Assembly: GCF_009914755.1 (NCBI RefSeq) | Contig: NC_060929.1 | Direction: 5' to 3' (one strand) | Source: the human T2T-CHM13v2.0 reference genome, Homo sapiens | Length of the DNA: 64,000 bases | Part shown: positions 54,767 through 64,000 of the stretch, in pieces | How the letters are laid out: the number at the start of each line of letters is the position of its first letter | Position numbering within the stretch: the first letter of the stretch is position 1 | The notes under the pieces: model-generated | What the model saw: only the letters and a program-made list of their open reading frames with translations | What the model was told of the DNA's origin: nothing | The model's database searches: none | Translations under genes and position numbers: made by a program

Positions 54767-57700
54767 TCACCTATAAAGGAAAACCCATCGGATAACAGTG
54801 GACTGATCGGCAGAAACTATATAAGCCAGAAGAGACTGAGGTCCTATTTTCAGAGCTTGGAAAAAAAAAAAAAACTATGAAACACAAATCTTATATACTG
54901 CTGGAACAAGCTTGGTAAACAAAGGAGATATAAAATTATTTCCCAGAGAATCAAAAACTGAGGAAATTTGGCCCTACTAGACCAGTCCTACAAAGAATGC
55001 TCGAAGGACTTCTAAACATAATAATGAAAGGTTAATACTCACCATCATTAAAATACACCAAGCTATACAACTCACAGGTTTTATAAAACATTTACACCCA
55101 GAAAAAAAAGAAAGAAATTACATGGAAACATGGCAGAACTCCACTAAATGACAAAGACAAGGAGACAGAGAAATATAATAGAAACAACCCACAAAACAAC
55201 TAGACAGCAATTAACATTATAACAGGAATGAAACCTCACATATCAATACTAATCTTGAACATAAATAGACTAAATCCTTCACTTAAAAGATATAGATTGG
55301 TGGAATGAATAAAAAAAGTAACCAATGATATGTGGCTTATAAGAAATTCGTCTTACTGGTAAAGACACTTATAGACTGAAAGTAATGGGATAGAGAAAGA
55401 TATGCCACACAAAGAGAAAACAAAAGTAAACGGAAGTAGCTATACTTATATCAAATAAGACAGACTTTGAATCAAAACCAGTAATAAAGGACAAAAAGTC
55501 GTTATATAATGATAAAGGGATCAATTAAACAAGAGAATATAACAATTCTAAATATATATGGATGTAACACCAAAAAATAAATAGACCTTTAATTAGACCA
55601 AATAGACCTAACAGACATTTACAGAAGATTCTACCCAACAACCATAGAATATACATTTTTTCTTATGAGCACATGGAATATTCTCCAAGATAGCCCAATA
55701 TTAGGCCATATAACAAGTCTCAGTAAATTTTTAAAAACTGAAAGCATACCAGGTAATTTTTCATGTAACAGTGGAGTAAAACTAGAAATCAATACCAAGA
55801 GAAACTTTGAAAACTACACAAATACAAGGAAATTAAACAACATACTCCTGAACAATCACTGGGTCAATGACAAAAGATGAAAATTTAAAATTTTTCGAAA
55901 CAAATGAAGATGGTGATGCAACATACCAAAACCTCTGAGATACAGCAAAAGTGATCTTAAGATGAAAGTTATAGCATTAAATACCTATGTCAAAAAATGG
56001 AAAGATCACAAAATAACAACTTAACATCATTCCTCAAGGAACTAGAAAAACAAGAGCAAATGAAATCCATAGCTAGCAGGAAAAAATAAATAACAAAGAT
56101 CAGAGCAGAACTAAATAAAATCAAGAGCAAAAATACAATAAGGTGAATTAACGAAATTAAAATTTGGTTCTCTGAAAAGACTAAAGAAAAAAAATGATGA
56201 ATAACTAGCTAGACTAACCAAGAAGAAGCGACAGAAAAGCTAAATAAATATAATCAGAAATGAAAAAGGAGACATGACAACTGACACCTGAGAAATATAA
56301 AAGATCATCAGAGACTACCATGAACAACTCTATCCCATAAGCTACAAAATCTAGAGGAAATGGACAAATTCTTGGAAAATACAATCTCTCAAGAGTGAAC
56401 CAGAAAGAAGTAAAAATCCTGAACAGACTAAAAACAAGTAGTGAGATTAAAGCAGCAATAAAAAAATCTTCCAACGAAAGAAAGCCCCAAACCAGATTCT
56501 ACCAGATGTACACAGAACAGGTACCAATAGTACTCAAAACATTCCAAAAAACTGAAGAGAAGGGAATCCTTCCTAATTCACTCTCCAAAGTGAGTATCAC
56601 CCTGATGCCAAAGCCAAACAAATAAGGAGAACTACAGACCAATATCTCTGATGAACACAGATGTAAAAACCCTGAATACTAGCAAACCAAATCCAACAGC
56701 ACATCAAAAAATAAATAAATAACATGTTATACACCACGGCAAGCTATTTTTTATTCTAGGGATGCAAGGATGATACAACATACACAAATAAATAAATGTG
56801 ATTCATCACAAAGCAGAAGTAAAAGCAAAAACCATGTGATCATCTCAATAGACGCAGAAAAAGCATTTGACAAAATTCAGTATCCCTTCATGATAAAAAC
56901 CCTCAACAAACTAGGCATAAAAGGAATGTAACTTTAAATAATAAAGGCCATATATGACAAACCCACAGCCAACATCATTTTTCCCTGAAAGAGGAAAAGT
57001 TGAAAGCATTCCTCCTACAAACTGGACAATTTTCACCACTCCTATTCAACATAGTACTGGAAATTCCAGCCAGAGCAATCAGGGAAATGAAAAATAAATA
57101 AATAAAAGGCATCCAAATTAGAAAAGAGAAAGTCAAATTTTCTGTTTGCTGATGATACAATCTTATACCTAGAAAACTCCAAAGACTCCTCCAAAATACT
57201 CTTAAATTGATAAATCAGCAAAATTTCACGATATAAAATTAATATACAAAAATTAGTATCATATCTACACACTAATAACAATCAAGCTGAGAATCAAATT
57301 AAAAATTCAATCCCAATTACAATAGCTACAAAAAAAATTCCAAGATATCTATTTAACCAGGGAGTTGAAAGATCTTTACAAGAAAAAGTAAAAAATAGTG
57401 ATGAAAAAAATTGTAGATGACACAAAGAAAGGGAAAAACACCCTACGCTCATAAATTAGAAGAAATAATACTAGCAAAATGACCACACTGTCCAAGGCAA
57501 TCTATAATTTTAAAGTAATCTCTATCAAAAACCAACATCATTCTTCAAAGTATTAGAAAAAACAATCCTAAAAATTCACATAGAAACAAACAAACAAACA
57601 AAAGCCTGCATAGCCAAAGCAATTCTAAGCAAAAGAACGAAACTGAAGGTATCACATTACCTGTCCTCAAGTTGTACAAGGCTATAGTAACCAAAACAGC

Positions 57701-57810
57701 ATTGTACTGGTATAAAAATAGACAAATATCAATGGAACACAAAGGAAAAACCCAAAATAAAGCCACATATCTACAACCAATAGATCTTTGACAAAATTGG
57801 CTAAAACATA

Positions 57811-57852
57811 TTAGGTTGGTGCAAAAGTAATTATGGTTTTTGCCATTAATGG
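57811..57852. mobile_element. Half MADE1 (Hsmar1 mariner MITE) nested in L1 ORF2
   Basis: TA followed by ttaggttggtgcaaaagtaattatggtttttgccatta; the second arm is missing. Confidence 0.88.
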
Positions 57853-58669
57853 GAAAACTACACCTTTTAAATAAATAGTGCTGAGAAAAGTGGATTGCTA
57901 TATGCAGAAGAATGGACCTCTATCTTTCACCTCATGCAAAAATCAACTCAAGGTGGATTAAAGACTTAAATATCAGACCTGAAACCATAAAAACACTAGA
58001 ATGCCTAAGGAAAATTCTTCTGGACAGTGGTCTGGGCAAAGAATTTATGACTAACACCACAAAAGCACAAATAACAGAAACAAAAATAGAAAAATGGGAC
58101 TTAATTGAATTAAAAAGCTACTGCACAGCAAATGACATAATCAACAGAGTGAACAGACAACCTGCAGAATGGGAGAAAATATTAGCGAACTAAACACCTG
58201 ACTGGGAACTAATATCCAGAATTTACAAGGAACTCAACAAAAACAAAATCACAAATAATTCCATTAAAAAGTGGGCAAATGACATTAATAGACTTTTTTC
58301 AAAAGAAGACATACATATGGCTCATAAACATATGAAAAAATACTCAACATCACAAAGCACCAGAGAAATGCAAATTAAACCACAATGGGATATTATCTTA
58401 CACCAGCCAGAATGGCTACTATTAACAAGTCAAACAATAACAGGTGTTAGCAAGACTGCAGAAGAAGAGTGCTTATACACTGTTGGTAGGAGTGTAAATC
58501 AATACAACCTCTACAAAACAGTATGGAGATTTGTCAAAAACCTTAAAACTACCATTTGATATAGCAATCCCACTACTGTGTATCTACCCAAAAGAAAAGA
58601 AATCATTATATCAAAAAGATACAGAATCAATCTAATCTAAGTGTCCATCAATGGATGAATGAAGAAAAT

Positions 58670-58740
58670 GTGATATATATACATATATACAAATACACAC
58701 ACATATACATATATATATATATGTACACACACATACACAA
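58670..58740. repeat. (TA)/(CA) microsatellite in the L1 3' end
   Basis: Direct reading of the sequence. Confidence 0.9.
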
Positions 58741-59695
58741 TGAAATAGTATTCAGCTGTAAAAAGAATGAAATCATGTCTTTTGCAACATGGTTGGAACC
58801 AGAGGCCATTCTCTTAAGCGAAACAACTCAGACACAGAAAGTAAAAGACTCACTTATGAGTGGAAGCTAAATAATGTGTACACATAGACACGGAGTGTGG
58901 AATAATAGACACTGGAGACTCAGGAGGGTGGGAGAGTAGGAGGGGAAAGACAGATGATAAATTACATAATGGGTACAATGTACATTATTCAGGTGATGGT
59001 CATACTAAAAGCCCAGACTTCACCACTGTCTGATATATCCATGTAACAAGACCTCTTGTATGCCTTAAAATTATACAAATAAAAATAAATAAATAAATAA
59101 ATAAATAAGGAAAAAAATGTCCTACATGGTAGTAAAAGCTACCATAAAGGTATAATAATGTAACTTTCAGTTATTGTCTTATATATAGAAAGTTAGACTA
59201 ATGGACCTTTCAAGCACTGTATATGAAATAGGATGTGAATTAAGGAGTTGAATTAAAAATGAAAAGGCATAAAGAAACTAAAAGAAAATGTTGGTAAACA
59301 TGTACATAATCTTAGCTTGGGAATGGCTAAGATATAAAGTCATGTAAAGTGAAAATTTATACATATTAATGTGTAATTTTGATGGCATAAATTAAAAAGT
59401 GCCATCATAAAAATCATAAACAATATTAATTGACAGAAGCCAAAACGAGAAATATATTTTCTAAAAATGTGGCAAATAAAACTATCATCAATAAATAATG
59501 ATAAACATCCTAATAAGAAAGTGATAATGGCCATGCATAGGGAATTTACAAACAAAGAAGCACGAACAGCAAATTGGCATATTAGAAGTATTCAATCCCA
59601 ACAGTACTCAAAAATATAAATTAAAATAAGATACAACTTCATTTATTCAACAGCCTTTCATTAAGCATTTGTCTTGTGCCTGGAATTTTTTAGGT

Positions 59696-59882
59696 CAGTG
59701 GTTTTCCAAGTGTGGTACCTGTACCAACAGCATTAGTACCACTTAGGAGATTAATAGAAATGCAAATATTGGCCCCCGCAAAATAATTTTGAGTAAGAAC
59801 CTCTGGTAGTAGGGTCCATCAATGTATGATTTAATAAGACCTCCAGGTGATTCTGTTGTACAATAAAATATAAGAACCTTTG
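59696..59882. mobile_element. MER5A hAT MITE
   Basis: cagtggttttccaagtgtggt..tagaaatgcaaat..ctccaggtgattctg..taagaacctttg. Confidence 0.85.
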
Positions 59883-61268
59883 ATTTTGGTGAACTAAACA
59901 AAGATCTGTTTCCTTTAGGAGCGTTATTCTAGGGTGAGAGATCAGACAAAAATTAAAATGAGTTAATTATATATTTTGATCAGAGCAATAGAAAAATACA
60001 GCAGGATAGAGAGATGGAATGTGAAGGCAAGAACCAAGTTATAATTTAAAATAGGGTGCTCAGGGGTGATGTCACTGAGAATGTATATTTTGGGCCAATG
60101 GCTGGAGAAAGATGAGACTTAGCCACATAGTTATCTGGAAAGAAGAGCACTCCAGATAGAGGAACAACTAATGCAAGGACCTTGTGCACTTGAGGAATCA
60201 TAAAGAAAATCAAAGAGAAGATAAATAGCAGAGTTAGACAGGGGAAGATAATTGAAGATGAAATCAGAAAGATTATAGTCCAGTGGCCAAACTATGTAGA
60301 GGCTTGAAAAGATTTTGGCTTTACCCTCAACAAAATGGGGCACCTCTTTAGTGCTTCAGCAGAGAGAGTTGCAGCATTACCTTTCTTACATTTTTAAAAA
60401 ATCCCTTTGGTTACTACATTGAAAATGACTATGGTGGTGTTAAGGAAGAGGAAATGCAGAGAAGCCAGCCATAGGCTGTTGGAATAATCCAGAAGAGAAT
60501 TGCTGGTGGCATAGATCTGGGTAGTGACAATGTGGTGAGACTGGAGGTGAATTATAAGAAAAAGATGAGAGACAACAGTGACTCTGAGGCTTTTAGCATG
60601 AGGAATTGAAAAGACAGAGTTGCCATTAATTGAGATTGAAAGGCTATAGGTCAAATAGGTATTTGCATAAGCATTAGGAGTCAGTTGACATGTAGGGTTT
60701 GAGACGTTTACTAGACACTGAAGGGATGTATAATAGGAAGATGGAATGTACAATAGAGGAGTTTGGACTGCAACTATGTGTTTGGGAGGCATCAGTATAT
60801 AGATGGTTCTTAAACTTGCAAGAATGAATGAAATCACCAAGGCAAAGAGTGTAGATACAGAAAAGTATAAAGGAGAGAGCCTTAAGGCCCTTCAACAAGA
60901 AAATATTAGGTAGAATAGGTTCTTTTTGGGTTGTTTGTTTGTTTCCAGGAGAGAAATCACTCTAAAGTAGTGGTAGCCTCCAGGCACAGCACAAGGCAGC
61001 TATACCAAATATTATGAAACAGGAAGGCTCACGACCAAATGAAGATGTTCAAAGTTCTTGCTTTATTGAATCCATTAAAACATATAATGAAAAGCAAGAA
61101 GAAAGAGATGGAGTCTGTTAACAATCAGGATATAGGGCAAATGTGCTGGAAAGACCACGCAATCCAAATATTGTATTATATAATATTTATTTTTCCTTTC
61201 TCCCTGACACATCAGCCTTCTACAGATAGTGTGGATATAAGAACCAAAGCTAAATGTGGCCAAGAGCC

Positions 61269-61632
61269 TGCTACAGTCTGAATGTTTGTGTCCCCCACAA
61301 AATTCATGTATTAAAACTCTAACCCCCAAGGAGGTGTCATTAGGAGGTGAAGCCTTTGGGACGTGACTAGGTTATGAAGGCAGAGCCCTCATGAATGAGA
61401 TTAGTGTCTTTATAAAAGAGCCACTAATGACCTCTCACCCCTTTCACCATGTGAGGACATAGTGAGAAGGCACCGTCCATGAACCAGAAAGTGGGCCCTC
61501 ACCAGATAATGAGTCTGCTGGTACCTTGATCTTGGACTTCCCAGCCTCCAGAACTGTAAGAAATAAATTTCTGTGGATTGTAAGCCACACAGCTCATGGT
61601 ATTTTGTTGTAACAACCTGAACTGACCAAGAC
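61269..61632 (+). mobile_element. MLT1A0 solo LTR
   Basis: tgctacagtctgaatgtttgtgtccccc..ctgaactgaccaagaca. Confidence 0.92.
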
Positions 61633-61859
61633 AGGAGCTCAGCAGATGTAAGTTGCCTGGAGCAAACACACATTTGCTCTGCTGGAAAGATTTAGTGTAC
61701 AGAATTGTACACTACATGTGTAGATAGCCTGTTCAAGGAATTTTGCTATAAAGGAGAGCAAATAAATAAGATGTTAACTGGTAGAGGAAATGAAGTAAGG
61801 AGATTTTGTAAGATTGCTAAAATTATAATAGTACATTCCTGTAAAAATGATGCAGTAGA

Positions 61860-62158
<299 letters not shown>

Positions 62159-64000
62159 GATGCAGTAGAGAGGGGAAATTTTATGATATAGGAGAGAGGG
62201 AGGGAATTGTTGGGGACATGTCTTTGAGTAGGTAAGATGGAATTGATATGCACAAAAATTTAAAGGACAGAATTTATAAAGCGACTCAGATAGTTTATTT
62301 TACCAAAAGGCGGCAATGAGTGGTACGGAGAGGCTGTGGGATATCTTTTCTGATTCTTCAGTTTTCTCAGGAAAATAGGAAGCAAGGTAATCATCTGGGA
62401 TGGAACAAAATTTGGAGGTTTGAGGGAGGGAGGAGGTGTGGAATGATGAACAGGAGTGGAAAGAGGACTGGACCCAGGCATGAGCATTTGACCTGTGTGG
62501 TCAGTGGGAAGGGCAGCAGAGTTGCGTTTTTTTATTTTTTGTTTTCCGTAGCCTCATTTATCTGCACAGGTACAGAGGAAGAACAGGGCAAGAGCTGGAT
62601 TTTGCCAGCATTGTAGTTTTGTCAGATGAGTACGATAAAGCAAGAGAGGTACAAGTAGGTCAAGACTGCTTGTAAAGGAATGGTTATAATGAATGACTAT
62701 AAAATGTATTTGAAATTTACATAAAAGGGAGAATATTGAGAGAGGCCCAAATAAGTAAATACATGCTATAGGAAGCACTTTAACTCTGACTACTTTTATA
62801 TGAGAGTATTTGAGAGCAAATGTTTACTCATTTTATTTCCAAAATAGAGTAATATGTTATTTCTGTTTTATGGCCCTCACACAATCCATTATGAAATGCT
62901 AATCTTGGTTTGTGATTATGATATGCATTTTTTCCAGTGAAACCTCATATAAAAAAGCAACAGAAAAAGAAGTAAGCATACAAATATTACATTAAAATTG
63001 TTCCTTTTTAAAATGGACTTTACCCAGTTGCAAGAAGGCACAATATTTTCATCTTTTCATTCACAGTGGAGTAATATTATCAATGTTTGCCCCTAAAGAT
63101 AACTCACATCTCTGTACGTACATTCATTTTCCATGCTTTCAATCTTATTTGTTCCCACAAAGTGGATAACAGACGTTTCAATAACTTTTTTTCATTACAT
63201 ACTGATAACAGATCCCAGAAACACTGTCCCACCACACAAATACACCTCCTAGTCTCTGATCTTATTCATTTTCATAGTTATCACAACCACAGACTTCGTT
63301 CCCATCACATGGCTGCAGATCACACATACCTACCAGTGGAGTAAAAGCAGCTTATCTTCCCAAGGGGGTATCTGATTGAGATTAATGGGACAATGTTCAT
63401 GCTATGCCAAGTTATTATCAGAATTATCTTATCGTTGGACTTAGAAAACATTTAATACATTATATTTCAGAAAGTTATGATCTTCATGTCAGATAGGTAG
63501 ATAGATAAATGAGAACTTCTTGCCTTCTGGAGTTGCAATTCAATCCTTTTGAAGTTTTTATGTTGGCTTCTTTTTCGCTTTCTATCTAGACAATCCCTTA
63601 TGCCCATATGTGTTTATGGCACAAATCTATCTGTGTGTAATGTCTCCCTCTGTTCCATTATAAAACTGCATAAGTTCTCCTACAATGCCTGCATGCAGGA
63701 GGGATCTTTGTGAACTGGACTATAATTGAAATGAACATTCATGCTGAGTCCGTGATGCAGAAAAAGAAAAAAAAATCCTCATGTTTAAAAGAGAACTATC
63801 GTCTCTAGGTTGCATTTTACCTTTCCTAACCTGGAAGATCTTAATGAAATTGAAAACAATGTTTTGGTCCTGGGGCCTGCTAAACGGGAAAACGAAGGTG
63901 TTTGTGTGTTTGTTGGTTCTTTATTAACCATATATCATATCTAGTTCCCACATGTTACTTTGACTTAACATACCCCAAATAAATAAAATTAATATGTTAT

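Larger units (their letters stand above)
52790..59107 (+). mobile_element. Near full-length L1PB (L1PB4-like) with internal deletions, ORFs disrupted
   Basis: 5' UTR ~52790-54175, partial ORF1, ORF2 remnants (55665-58559, e.g. [18 protein letters not shown]), 3' UTR ..aaaagcccagacttcaccact.., (TAAA)n tail. Confidence 0.93.

Noticed and set aside
63820-63890. Possible small minus-strand exon (ttttcccgtttag acceptor, AG|GT donors)
   Set aside because: Translations unrecognised; such sites arise often by chance

Overview
Hominoid (human or great-ape) non-coding genomic DNA, intronic or intergenic. It is AT-rich and dominated by transposable elements. No host protein-coding exon, RNA gene, CRISPR array or prokaryotic feature can be supported; the ORFs I could assign are Alu, L1, SVA, MaLR or ERVL translations and the rest look like chance ORFs. 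Main contents: a full-length SVA, two near-full-length old L1s, a complete MSTA-type MaLR provirus, a degraded ERVL internal region, nine Alus, solo MaLR LTRs, and L2, MIR and hAT relics. Best observation: the SVA's 16-bp target-site duplication (AAGAAATAAAACATGC, 2503-2518) recurs at 5289-5304, not after the SVA tail, so about 1.16 kb of DNA from another locus was carried in by 3' transduction. Also seen are several short templated insertions with fold-back hairpins at their junctions, and an apparent A-to-G cluster in the SVA SINE-R. I found no evidence of a wholly new biological system. Subfamily calls rest on recalled consensus sequences, not on a search.
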